DNA of 64,000 bases from the human T2T-CHM13v2.0 reference genome, Homo sapiens, in NCBI RefSeq assembly GCF_009914755.1, contig NC_060931.1; one strand, 5' to 3'. The position numbers and the translations under genes are program-made. Shown piece by piece: positions 14,074 to 28,767 of this stretch; the stretch's first letter is position 1; every line of letters starts with the position of its first letter. Below the pieces are notes generated by a model, which did not search any database, had not been told where the DNA came from, and was given only the letters and a program-made list of their open reading frames with translations.

Positions 14074-16219
14074 TTCTTCTTCAAGTTATTTGCAAAAGGT
14101 TTTACCTTCTATATTCAAGAAAATAACAGAATTAAAGTGAAATGCTCAAAAATCAATGACTGAGCAAACCCATTTTCCTAAGGAGTATAAGAAGTAGCTA
14201 GGGACTGAGCCATACCTTCCCACATAAGGAATCAGGAGAACTATCAAATAGAGCCTCGCTAAATAATGCATTCTCATAAAATGTAAAAGGGATCTCCCTT
14301 TCTTCCCTTATACAAACTCTGCCTTCAGAGTAAGAGTTTACTCATCTCTTCCCATTCTGAGATTTATTGGTAGCTTCTTGTAAAACCAGCCTCAGTTGCA
14401 CCCAGCCACACAGAGATAAAAGACCTATGAAAGCAAAACCAGAGACCAAACAAAGAGCTGCCTTAACTCTTTTGGGATTGTATTTTTAAGTGATCACAAA
14501 AGGGGGAAGAAGAAAAAAAATCCCAAGCAGGGGCCCACCAACAGAGAGGTTTTATAGTAGTAATTCAACTTTCTTACACTCAGTTCCTTGTAGATTGTTA
14601 TTTGCTGTTTTTAAGGAAACAGGATGGAAGGTGGAAAAGGCAACCTTAAAGAAGCGTGCAAAAACAAAATTCCAGACTTACAGAAATGATGACTGGATCA
14701 CAAAATGTGTAGTCACACTTACGGGTGTTATCTTTTCATAACTCCTTCCTGTGTTTCTTCTGGGCCATTTTACCAAGAGATATCATGCATTCATCTGCCA
14801 AAAAATACAGTGGCAGCAAATGAGCCACACTTATTCATCAAATTTCTATTATACATAGGTCTGTACACTGGTTATACCACAGTCACTCAGTCCTTGCCCC
14901 AGAATGTTTTCCCAAAAAACCTTTACAGGAAAGTTAAAAAAAAAAAAAAAAAGAGGTGCTTCAATTCTTTTACTTTTCTGTTACTGGAAACACTGAAAAA
15001 GGAATCCAGGTATCACTGGCTGAGAACTCATTTTTCTATGATCCAATCTATAATCCTATGCAACAGAGAAGAATCTAAGCCATTAAAAGTGGTTTTGAGT
15101 ACTGCTTATATACCTATTTCAGCCTGTTATATGATGCACTGCATTTGACCATCAACTCAGAGACCTGCTGAAATGAACTGTTGGAAGTTCCCCTCAGGAG
15201 AACTTTTCCTCATTGAGAAGCCACAAATAATACCTCACTTGAAGTGTGATTAGAAAAGTTTACAAGGAACTGAAATATTCTCATGAATTTCAATGTTTAA
15301 TTTAAGCATGTCTTCCCCAAAAGAAATCTAAACAAAAACCTTGCCAAATACCTCTGGTAGCAAGGAGAACTAATAATGGAATCTCCTGCCAAGTGTTCCG
15401 AGAGGTTGAGAATAATGATATCCATCTCAAGAGAATTTGTAGGTCATGGATTTTCCCTCCAATCCTAACATTTTCAGGAGCTTTCTATTTTTTATGCCCA
15501 GGATATTTCCTATTATATTTATTAAATGATGAAGAGGAGAGGGGATGGGGGACAAAGAAGTAATTAATTGGTTTCCTTGCATGTTATAACCTAAGGAGAA
15601 AGGCAGACATGGCATGATGAGGAAGAACATTGGAAGCACAGCCAAGGCAGAGGCTGGGAGGAGTCACTGAAAGCAATTAGTCATCCATCATCCCCATCCC
15701 CAAAAATCCTGAATAGGGAACGGAAAAAAGAGTCTTTTTGGGGGGGTCAGTGTTCAGAGCCCTTTGAACCAATTTCCTTGCCTCATTTGTAAATTAAAGA
15801 CACTTTTCATCACCCAGACTTTATTTCAAATGAAGGTAAGAATAAGGATCTTATAAACACAAGTCTTCTTGACAACATAAATTATAGTTCCCAGAACTTT
15901 CCTTCACGTATTCCAATGTTATTACCACTGTTTACCACAATCACAAGCTATTCCCCTAGAGATATCTAAAAGATGAGCTATTTAAGTCAACACCTCCTAC
16001 AAAGTAAATAACTTCTCAGCTCTCAGCTTTCATCCATCCAACATTTTCTTCTTTACAGTACTCCCTACTCTGCCTCTTGACTAAGGAAAATTAGATTCTC
16101 TTCTCTGGCTTAGCATTTTGTTTTGCAAGAGTGCTCACTTGCTTTTCTTCATTCCCCTGACAGCTCCATATCTGACAGCATTCCTTCTATGAGGATAATC
16201 CTCTTTGAATGAAAGACAA

Positions 16220-17020
16220 AAGTATTTGTTCAGTGTCTACTATATGTTCATGGTGTTGGCTTAGAGACTAAGGCAGAATCTCTCAAGTTTGCCATTATTG
16301 ACAGTTTGAGCAGGAAAACCCCCTTTTCGTAGAGGGCCGTCCTGTGCATTGTAGAATGTTTAGCATCGTCCCTGGCCTCTATTCACTAGATTTCAGAAGC
16401 ACCTCCCTCCCCAGCTGTGACAACCAAGAAATATCTCCAAACATTGTTAAATGTCCCTAAGGAGCAGATTTGTCCCCAGCTGAGAACAAGTAGACTAAGG
16501 GAATTTCAACAGAAATAGAAAAAAGAGTCCCTTTCCTTGAGGAGTGTAAAATCTTATGGAGACATAGATTGTTATACGGAAGCATCTTTAGAGATGATTT
16601 ATGAATCTTCCTTTTTTATTAGTGAATACATCGAGTGAGGCACAGAGACATTAAGTGATTTGCTCAGTTGTACAACAGAAATATTCCAGAAAACAAAGGT
16701 AGCATATAATCAAGCCTAAATTGCATTTGTGTAGACCACAGATGCTATGAAAACCTAAAGAAGGGAGAGACTAATGCTAGTTAGTAGTGGCATGAAAGAG
16801 GTAGTACTACATCTCCAAAGATGAGCACTTGAAGGGTGAGATCAGCAGGGAGAAGAAGGAAGGGGATGCCTGGCATGATCATGCATGACTACAGCATATG
16901 TAACGGCCTAAAGGTAAGAGTAGAGCATGGAGCTTTAGAGGAATGAGGCAGGTACTAACTCAGAATGGCCAAAGATAAGGTTGGAGAGGTTAAATGGGTC
17001 CAAATTCTGGAGGCTGCTGA
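16220..17020 (-). mobile_element. L2 3' fragment carrying MER20 and MIR insertions
   Basis: agtatttgttcagtgtctactat start; purine-rich L2 body. Confidence 0.55.
16274..16492 (-). mobile_element. MER20 (hAT) with perfect 8-bp TSD gactaagg
   Basis: gtcctgtgcattgtagaatgtttagca...tgtgacaacc; gactaagg at 16266-16273 and 16493-16500. Confidence 0.92.
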
Positions 17021-17111
17021 CCTCCTGGATTAAGTCCAAGATCCGATTGAGAGCCCTTCAAAAAATGATTTCTGACATCCTCTTGGGGAAGGCAGAAAAA
17101 CTGAAAACACG

Positions 17112-17260
17112 CTAATTGGGAGTCAAGAGATCTGGGTTCTAGTCCTAGCAATTCACTGACAGCTGTGTGACTAGGACAAGCTCATTTATTTCCCTTGGCC
17201 CCACTTCCTGCATCTGTAAAATGGGGGTCGAACTGCATGACCCCTGAGCTCCTGTCCAGC
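17112..17260 (+). mobile_element. MIR
   Basis: ctgggttctagtcc...agctgtgtgac...catctgtaaaatggg. Confidence 0.75.
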
Positions 17261-17599
17261 TGTTGCTTGTTCTGTTCACACCTGCTGTCACTTGCACTAA
17301 TGGCCAAAGAGCTGTTTGCTGCTTGCCCTGATGTGTCTCAGCAGGTACCCTAAGGGGCCCTTGAGAGGAGGCTGTAACTTCTGGCCCAACCACAGGACAT
17401 CAAATCCACATGTGAGCAGCCTGACTGCAAGGAAATGTGCTGGAGTACCAAATGTTCCTGATTAGTTGCAGTGTTTTCTGTTATTGAATAAGGCCTGCCA
17501 TTTCCTGACTTTTACTAAATCCAAGATTGCACAGTTTACTGGGTTCAGAAAAAAGTAATGTACAACAGCTGAAGGGTAAGTGAAACAAGAACAAGGCAT

Positions 17600-18470
<871 letters not shown>

Positions 18471-19007
18471 CTTTGTTGAGTGAATATCTGTATTGGTTCC
18501 TTTTTTAAGTTTATTTTTTAAATTTTATTGTAAATTAATAATTTATAACTATATGGAGTACAAAGTGATGCTATGATTTATGAATACAATATGAAATAAT
18601 TAAATCAGGCTAATTAACATATTCATTACCTCAAATACTTTGATTCATATCAAATACTTTTATCATTTTTTGTGGTCAGAACATTTGAAATTTATTCCCT
18701 TAGCCATTTTGAAATACGCAGTACACTATTATTAAATATATTCACCACACTATGCAATAAAGCTCAATGAAAAAACACTTATTCCTCCTGTCTAACGGAG
18801 ACTTCATGCCCTTTGGCCATCATGTCTCCATTTCCTGCCCCCGCTCAGCCTCGGTAACCACCACTCTACCCTTTGCTCTATGAATTCGAGTGTTTTAGAA
18901 TCCACATATATGTGAGAATATGAGGTAATTGTCTTTCTGTGCCTGGCTCATTTTATTCAGCATGTTGTCCAATTCCATCTATGTTGTTGCAAATGACAGA
19001 ATTTCAT

Positions 19008-19008
<1 letters not shown>

Positions 19009-19038
<30 letters not shown>

Positions 19039-19393
19039 GAGATAGAGTCTCACTCTGTCACCCAGGCTTCAGTGCAGTGGCACAGTCACTGCAACCTCCA
19101 CCTCCTGAGTCCAAGCAATGGCACACCAAGCTAATTTTTGTATTTTTAGTACAGACAGGGTTTCACCATGTTGACCAGGCTGGTCTCAAACTCCTGGCCT
19201 CAAGTGATCTGCCCACCTTGACCTCCCAAAGTGCTGGAATTACAAGTGTGTGCCACCATGCCAGGCTAATTTTTCTATTTTTAGTACAGACGGGGTTTTG
19301 CCATGTTGGCCAGGCTGATCTCAATCTCCTGGCCTCAAGTGATCAGCCTGCCTCAGTCTGCTGAAGTGCTGAATTACAGGTGTGAGCCAACAC
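19009..19393 (-). mobile_element. Rearranged Alu: deleted right arm plus two left arms
   Basis: gctaatttttgtatttttagtacagac...ctcctggcctcaagtgatc...gtgctg occurs twice in tandem. Confidence 0.85.
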
Positions 19394-19409
19394 TATTGCC
19401 TGTTTTTCA

Positions 19410-19705
<296 letters not shown>

Positions 19706-20234
19706 TAGTATTCAATTCCATATTTTCTTTATCCGTTTGTCTGTTGATGGACACATAGGTTGATTCATAACTTGACTATTGCATATGGTGCTGCAGTGAA
19801 CATGGGAGTACAAGATAATTTCAAATCTCTTGGGTAAATGCCCAGAAATGAAATTACTGGATCATATGGTAATTCTATTTTTATTTTTTTGAGGAACCTC
19901 CATACAGTTTTCCATAATGGTTGGACTAATTCACATTTCTATCAACAGTTTATAAGGATTCCCTTTTCTCCACATCCTTGCCAAGACTTATCTTTCATCT
20001 TTTTGATAATAGCCATTCTGACAGGTGTTAAGTGATATTTCATTGTGGATTTAATTTGCATTTCCCTAATGATTAGCAATGTTGAGCATTTTTTCTTATA
20101 TCTGTTGGCCATTTGTATATCTTTTGAGAAATGCTTATTCAGGTCCCTTACCCATTTTTAAATTGCGTTATTTATTTTATTTTTTATTTTTAAACATACT
20201 CCAACTTATGTTTTGTAAGTGGTTTCACTAATCA

Positions 20235-20495
20235 TAACAGTACTAATATTTATTAAACATTTTTATATACCAGACACTGATCTTAACACTCGATATAAAC
20301 CATTTCATCCAATACTCCATATAAACCCATTAAGGAGGCACTACGATTACCACCATTTTCGAAATGAAGAGTATGAGACACAGAGAGGTTAAGAAACTTT
20401 CCCAAGATCACACAAGTAGGAAGTAGCAGGGCAAGGATTTAAACTCAGGCAGTCTGACTTTAGAGTTTACAACCATAATACCATATGGCCTCCCC
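20235..20495 (-). mobile_element. MIR
   Basis: cccattttcgaaatgaag...gagaggttaagaaacttttcccaagatcacaca. Confidence 0.8.
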
Positions 20496-20556
20496 TATGT
20501 ATAAAAGATGGTTGGTTTTAATATTTTGATACATAAATATAAAATTATGGTGTTTG

Positions 20557-20941
<385 letters not shown>

Positions 20942-21049
20942 TCATTGTCCTGGAACAATATGCTAAATTAACTTTAGACATGGGTATCTGAAAAGCATTT
21001 CACCAGGTTTCCCACAGAGCCAAGCAATCTCTGAAGGCCATTGAGAAAT

Positions 21050-22010
21050 TGTCTAGAATCTCCACTAGTAATTAAGTATCTCCCAATCTAACGTCTCACC
21101 AGAGTTCTAGGCCTCTGTTTCCCACTCCCTACAGCTCAGCACCTACATACTCTATCATCTCATGCGGCAACACTCTCCTCCTTGCACACCAAGCTCCACT
21201 TCACTGTCATATTTTCAATGCCTTGAAGTAACTAAGCTCTTTCCTGCTTTACTTCCTTTATGTTTTCCCTCTGCCTAAAATGCTGTCATTTGACTGAATA
21301 AAATAAATAAATGAGTGAATGAATAAATGTATGAATAATGCCAAATTCATTATCATTTTATCCAAACAACTCCTCTTCTGGACCTTTCCCTCCCAAGCAC
21401 TCACGTCATGCTGGACTTCACTTTCTCCCTCTCCCTGGATATGTGATTAGTCACTATACACAACAGATTCTCCTATGTGAAGTTTCCCGCATGTAGCCAT
21501 TCCTTTTCTTTACTACCCTAGCCTCAGCTCGTAACACTGGGTGTTTTGTGCAATAGCCTTCTAACTGAACTTTGCCAATACTTCTTTCATTTATTGTTTC
21601 ACAAATTATCTCCTTTGACTCGGACCTCATGCCAGGCACTGAATTAGGTGCTTTGGAGACAATGATGGATAAGACAGATACATTATCTATTCTCCCGACG
21701 TTTCCCATAGCTTATGTATTTACATATTATACTACTGACAGATTAATTTTCCTCAAATGCCACAAGTTTCCACCCCTTTAAAAATCTTCTATAGCTTCTT
21801 GTTGTCTAGAGAAAATAGTTCAAAATTCTTAGTCTAATATTTTCATTCCTACAAATTCATCTTCCATTGTTCACTTGAGTGTCACCGCTATGCCAGCTAT
21901 AGGTTTCCTGCTTGTAAATGTGCCATACTATCTCCTGTCTTGGTTCTTCTGCTTGAGCCAGTCCCCCTATCTAAAATGCCTTCTCCCTAACTTTTATTTA
22001 GGTCTCACTT
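21050..22010 (+). mobile_element. L2 fragments
   Basis: Pyrimidine-rich L2 motifs and tgaatgaataaatg tail near 21310. Confidence 0.5.
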
Positions 22011-25000
22011 TTTCCCCCTCCAGTTTTGTTGAAGTACAATTGACAAATAAATATTTTATAAATTTAAGTTGTAAACATGACATTTTGTTATATATAAACA
22101 TTATGAAGTGATTACCACAATCACACTAATTAACATAGCTACCTCACATAGTTACCTGGTTTTTTTGTTGCTATTGCCGCTTTTTGGGTTTGGTGATGAG
22201 AACGCTTAAGATCTACTCTTAGCATATTTCAAGCATACAATACCTTATTGTTAACTATAGTCACCATGCTGTACAGTACATCTCCAGAACTTATTCATTT
22301 TATAACTGAAAGTTTCTACCCTTTGACCAAAATCCCCCATTCTCCCCCTCCACCCAACTACCGGCAACCACCGTTTTACTCTCAGTTTCTATGAGTTCAA
22401 CTTGCTTAGATTCTACACATAAGTGAGATGATTCAGTACGTATCTTTCCGTGTCTAGCTTATTTCATTTAGCATAATGTCCTCACGTTCATCCGTGTTGT
22501 CACAAATAATAAGATTTCCTTCTTTTTTTAAACATTGAATAATATTTCATTATAAATATAATAAGTATATAAATCACATTTTCTTTATCCATTTATCTGT
22601 TAAAGGACACTTATGATGTTTCCATATCTTGTCTATGGTGAATGATGTTTCAATGAACATGGGAGTGCAGATATCTCTTTGAAATACTGATTTTATTTCT
22701 TTTGGGTACATATTGAGAAAAGGGATTGATGGGTCATAATTTTTTGAGAAACCTCCAAACTGCTTTCCATAATGGCTGCACAAATTTGTAATCTCACCAA
22801 CAGTGTACAGGAGTTCCCTTTTCTCCAAATCCTCACCAACACTTACTATCTTTTACTATTTTTCAAAATAGGATTCCTATTTTGAAAATAGCAATCCTAA
22901 CAGGCATGAAGTGATATCTCATTGTGATTTTGATTTGCATTTCCCTGATGATTTGTGATGTTGAGCACTTTTCCATGTACCTGTTTGTCATTTGTATGTT
23001 GTCTTTGAAAAAATAGACATTCAGGTCTTTTGCCCATTTTTAAATTGTTTTTTGTTTTGTTTTATTTTGTTTTCTGCTATTGAGGTTGAGGTTATATGAC
23101 TTCCTTATATATTTTGGTCATTAACTTTTCATCAAATATATAGTTTGCAAATATTTTCTTCCATCCCATAGGTTGCCTTTTAATTTTGTTGTTTCTTTTG
23201 TGGCACAAAATATTTTTAGTTTGATGTAGCTCCCCTTGTTTACTTTTGCTTTTGTTGACATGTTTTTGGTGTTATATTTACTAAATCATTATGAAGACCA
23301 ATGTCAAGGTGCTTTTCCCGTATGTTTTCTTCTAGAATTTTTGGTTTCAGGCTTGTGTTTAATCCATTTTTAGTTTGTTTCTTTGTATGATAAAAGGGCC
23401 CAATTTCATTCTTTTGCATATGGCTATTCCATTTTCCTAATACCACTTATAAAAGAGACTATGCTTTCCCCCATTGTGTCTTCTTGGATACTTTGTACAA
23501 GATTAGTTGACCATATTTCCTTGAGTTTATTTCTGGGCTCTCTGTTCTGTTCCACCGGTCTGTGACTGTTTTTATGCCAGTACCATACTGTTTTGATTAC
23601 TATAGTTTTATAAGAGAATTTGAAATCAGATAGTGTGATTCCTCTAGCTTTGTTCTTATTTCTCAGGATTCCTTTGGCTATTCAGGGTTTTGTGGTGCCA
23701 TACAAATTAAAATTTCTTTTTCTATTTCTGTAAAATATGTCACTGTAATTTTTATATGGATTGCATTGAATGTGAAGATTGCTTTGAGTAGTATAGACAC
23801 TTTAACAAACACTATTTCTTCTAATCCATGAACCCGGGATATCTTTTTATTTATTTCAGTCTTCCTTAATTTCTTTCATTAATGTTTTATAATTTTCAGT
23901 GCACAGATCTTTCACCTACTTAAATTCATTCCTAGGTATTTTCTTCTTTTTGATTCTACAATAAATGCAATTGTTTTCCTAATTTCTTAATAAATTATTA
24001 ATTTTCCATATATTCTATTGCTAGTGTCAGAGGCACAAGTGATTTTTATACGTTAAATTTGTATCCTGCATCTTTACTAAATTCTTTTATTAGTTCTACC
24101 AGATTTTTGGTGGAATCTTTAGGGTTTTCTATGTACAAGATCATGTTATCTACAAACAGAAACTATTTAATTTCTTTCCTGGTTTGGATATTTTTATCTC
24201 TTTTTCTTGCCTAATTACTATGGCTAGAACTTCTAGCACTATGTTGAATAGAAATGACAAGAATGGGCATCCTTGTCTTGCTTCTGATTTTGGAAGAAAA
24301 GCTTTCAACTTTTCACCATTGAGTATGATAGTAGCTGTGGGGTTGTCCTATATGGCCTTTATTACATTGAGGTACTTTCCTTTTATACCCTTTTTGATGA
24401 GAATTTTTATCATGAAATGAGGGTGATTTTATAGAATACTTCTTCTGTATCTATTGAGATGATCATATAATTTTTATCCCTCATTCTTAAATGTGGTGTA
24501 TCACATTTACTGATTTGCATAAGCTGAACCATCCTTGCATCCCAAGGATAAATCCACTTGTTTGGGGTGAATGATCTTTTTAATGTGCTGTTGAATCCCA
24601 TTTGGTAGTATTTTATTTAGGATTTTTGCATCTATGTTTATCAGGAATACTGGTATATGGTTTTTTTTCTTTTAGTGTCCTTGTCTAGCTTTGATATCAG
24701 GGTAACACTGGCCTCATAAAAGGAATTTGGAAGCGTTCCCTCTTCTTCAGTATTTTAGAAAAGGTTGAGAAGAATTCATACTAATTCTGCTTTAAATGTT
24801 TGACAGAATTCACCCATGAATCCATTTGTTTCTAGGCTTTTCATTGTTGGGAGATTTTTGTTATTGGTTCAATCTCATTACCCATTATTGGTCTGCTCAG
24901 ATTTTCTGTTTATTCATGATTTAGTATTGGTAGGATGTAGTTTCTAAGGATTTATTCATTTCTTTCAGGTTACCCAATTTGTTGGCTATTCATCCTATTC

Positions 25001-26332
25001 TCTTATGATTCTTTGCATATATGTGGGATCAGTTGTAATGTCTCCTCTTTTATTTCTGATTTCATTTGAGTATTCTCTCTTTTTTTCTCAGTCTAACTTT
25101 GTCTATTTTGGCTGCCAAACTAAAATTGTTTAGTTTGTCAATTTTGTCAATTTTTGTCAGTGTAGGTTTGTCGATCTTGTCTTTTAAAAAACTTCAGTTT
25201 TGTTGATCTTTCCTATTATTCTTCTAATCTCTATTTTATTTATTTTTTGCTCTGATCTTTGTTATTTCCTTCCTTCTGCTAACTGTGAGCTTAGTTTGCT
25301 CTTTTTCTAGTTCCTTGAGGTATAGAGTTAGGTTGTTTTCTGAGATCTTTCTCTTTCCTAAAATAGGTGTTTATTGTTACAAGCGTCTTTCTCAGAACTA
25401 CTTTTGCAGCATCCAATAAGTTTAGGTATGTTGAGTTTCCATTTTAATTTGTCTCAATGTTTTTAATTTCCCTTTGGTTTCTCTTTTGACCCATTGATTG
25501 CTCAAAAGTATATTGTTTAATTTCCACATATTTGTGAGTTTTCCAGTTTTCCTATTATTTACTTCTAGTTTTATACCATCATGGTTGGAAAGGATACTTG
25601 ATATGATTTCAATATTCTTGAATTTATTAAGACTTGTTTTATGACATAATATATGATCCACCCTGGAGAATGTTCCATGCACACTTGAGAAGAATGTATA
25701 TTCTGCTACTGTTGGATGGAATGTGCTGTATATGTCTGTTGATTCCATTTGGTTTATAGGATTGTTTAAACCTAATGTTTCCGTATTGATTTTCCATCTG
25801 GACAATCTATCCATTGTTGACAGTTGGGTATTAAAGTCCTCTACTATTATTGTACTATTTCTCCTTACCAGTTCTGTTAATATTTGATTTATACCAATAT
25901 TACCAGTTAATGTTGTACTAATGACAGTGTATTGGTATTATCAGTTTATGTTAATATTATCAGTTCTGTTAATGTTTGTTTTATATATTTAGTTGCTCCA
26001 ATGTTGGGTGAATAAATCTTTACTATTGCTATATCTTCTTGATGAAGTGATTCTTTTATCATTAAACAATTATCTTCTTTCTTTTATTGTAACAGTTTTT
26101 TACTTAAAGTCTATTTTTTCTGTTATAAGTATAACCACTCCTGCTCTCTTCTGGTTACCATTTTCACGAAATATCTCTTTCCACCCTCTGCTTTCAGCCT
26201 ATGTGTATCCTCGAAGCTAAAGTGAATCTCTCATAGGAAGCATATAATTGTCTTCTTTTTAATTCATTCAACCATTCTATTTTTTAATGGGAGAATTTAA
26301 TCCATTTAAAGTCACTTTTGATAGTAAAGACT

Positions 26333-26660
26333 TATTATTTTATTTTATTTTATTTTTTAAAGACAGAGTCTTGCTCTGTCACTGAGGCTGAAGTGCAGTG
26401 GCACAATCACACTATCATAGCTCACTGTAACCTTGAACTCCTGAAACTCCTGGGCTCAAGTGATCCTCCCACCTCAGCCTCCAGAGTAGCAAGGGCTACA
26501 GGTGTGTACTCCCATGCCTAGCTAATTCTTTAAAATTTTTTGTAGAGACAGAGTCTTGCTATGTTGCTCAGGGTAGTCTCGAACTCCTGGCCTCAAGTGA
26601 TCCTCCTGCCTCAGCCATCCAAAGTGCTGGGATTATAGACATGAGCCACTGTGCCAGCCT
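26333..26660 (-). mobile_element. AluJ inside the L1
   Basis: Antisense Alu with (TTTTA)n tail and small internal duplications. Confidence 0.9.
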
Positions 26661-26736
26661 GCCATTTTGTTAATTGTTTCTGACTATGCAGTAGTTTTCT
26701 TGTACGTTTTGTCCTCTCTTGCAGTCTTCCTTTGTG

Positions 26737-26738
<2 letters not shown>

Positions 26739-26790
<52 letters not shown>
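26739..26790. repeat. Pure poly(T), 52 nt
   Basis: Counted directly. Confidence 0.95.
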
Positions 26791-26795
<5 letters not shown>

Positions 26796-28767
26796 GGTAT
26801 GTTTGATTCTGTTCTCTTCATCATTTTGTATACACTATAGATTTTTGCTTCATGGTTACCATGAGGCATACATAAAACATCTTATAGCAGTCTGTTTTAA
26901 GCTGATAACAGCTTCACTTCAGTTGCATACAAATACTATACTTTTGCCTCTCTCTGACCCCGCATTTTATGGGTTTTTTTTAGTCACAATTTACATCTGT
27001 TATATTATGTATCCACTAATGAAATAGTGTAGTTATACTTTTAGTACTTTTATCTTTTAACCTTTATAGAGTTAAAAGTGACTTACATACCATTACATAT
27101 GAGAATATCATGAATTTGCTATATTTATCAAACATAAAATATCAAATATACTATAATACTATAAATACTGTAAATATTATAGTATAATATTATACTATAA
27201 TATTTACCTTTACATGCAAATTTTATGCTTTCATATATTTTCATCTTAGTAACTGTGTCCTTTTATTGCAGCTTGAAGAACTCCATTTAGCATTTCTTGT
27301 AAGACAGGTCTAGTGGTGATAAACTCCCTCAGCTTTTGTTTATCTGGGAAAGTCTTTATCTCTCCTTCATTTCTGAAGGTCAGCTTTTCTGGAGAAAGTA
27401 TTGTTGATTGACAGTTTTTTCTTTCAGCCTTTTGAATATATTATCCCATTCTTTCTTAGTCTGTAAAGTTTCTGCTGAGAAATCTGCTGACAGCCTTATG
27501 AAGATTCTCTTGTGTCTGATATGTCACTTTTGTCTTGCTGCTTTTGAATTTCTTTTTTTTTTTTTTGACTTCTGACAATTTGATTATATATATATATGTC
27601 TCTGTCATGACTTACTTGGGTTGAGAATGGGAACTTTTGAGCTTCATTAATCTGAATGTCTGTATCTCCCAAGGTTTAATAAGTTTTCAGCCTTATTTCT
27701 TAAATAAGCTTTCTTCCCTTTTCTCTCTCTTCTATTTCTGAGGCCCCTGTAATGCAAATATTGTGGCACTTAATGGTGTCTTATAAGTCCCATAGCTTTT
27801 TTTTTTTTTTTTACTTTTTCTTTCTTTTTTCTCCACCAACTAGATAATTTCAAAAGGCTTGTCTTTAAGTTCACAGATTCTTTCTTCAGCTTGATTGACT
27901 TTGCTGTTGAAGTCCTCTACTGCATTTTTCATTTCATTCATTGTATTCTTTAGCTCCAAGATTTCTTTTTGGTTCTTTTCATGATTTCTATCTCTTTGTT
28001 GAATTTCTAGTTTTGTTCACACATTATGTTCCTGATTTTGTGGAGTTATCTACCTGTGTTCTCTTGTATCCCACTGACCTTTTTTAAAATAATTATTTTG
28101 AATTCATTTTCAAGCAATTCATAGACCTCCATTTATTTGGGGTCAGTTATAAGAAAATTATTGTGCTCCTTTGGTAGTGTCATGTTTCCTTGACTTTTTG
28201 TATTTCCTGTGGCTTTGCATTGATATCTGCACACTTGAGGGAGCAGTCACCTATTCCAGACATTACAGATTAGCCTCAGTGGGGGAAATACTTTCACCTC
28301 CAGGAAGGTGTGGGAACGCCAGTTGGGTGGGGTACAGCAGCTCTGGTTTCAGAGAGTGTGCTGTGGTGTACTCTTCATGCAGCTCTATCATTGAGGTCAG
28401 CACTGGGGACAACTCTAGGAGTCCTAGACAGCCAAGGCTACAGATATCTGAAGTTATGGCAGCAGCAGCAAAGGCTGTTGGGATCCTTGGCGGCAAAGAC
28501 TTCTGGGATCTCCCTGTTAGCTCTTTTTCCTCTAGGGAAAGAAGTCCTAACCGAGGGGATCCTTCTTGGTGCCAGGTCTGGTATGGCCTGCAGGCAGTTG
28601 CAGCAGCACTGGGTTCTGGGGTATGAGTATTCAGAGCAGCAGCAGAGATGGGCCCCAGAAAACTCTGGGGTGTTCCCCAGTGGCATGGGCTCTGGTGAGA
28701 GGATGAAGTGCAGTGGTGGCTTGGGCCACAGAAGGCAGGGCACAGCAGCAGCATGGCCCCAGGCCAA

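Larger units (their letters stand above)
22020..28760 (-). mobile_element. Near-full-length old L1 (L1MA/L1M3-like): 3'UTR, ORF2, ORF1 and GC-richer 5'UTR
   Basis: Minus-strand ORFs with L1 ORF2 motifs (EN: YTFFSSVHGTFSRVDHIL...WKLNNILL; C-terminal: ICTPMFI...IWK...CP...WIKKM); ORF1-like T-rich 27.3-28.2 kb; 5'UTR 28.2-28.76 kb. Confidence 0.9.

Noticed and set aside
14705-15148. 147-aa ORF in unique DNA
   Set aside because: Runs through a poly(A) tract; no domain, splice or codon support
25422-25814. 130-aa ORF with endonuclease-like motifs
   Set aside because: Remnant of the L1 ORF2 EN domain in a disrupted element, not an independent gene
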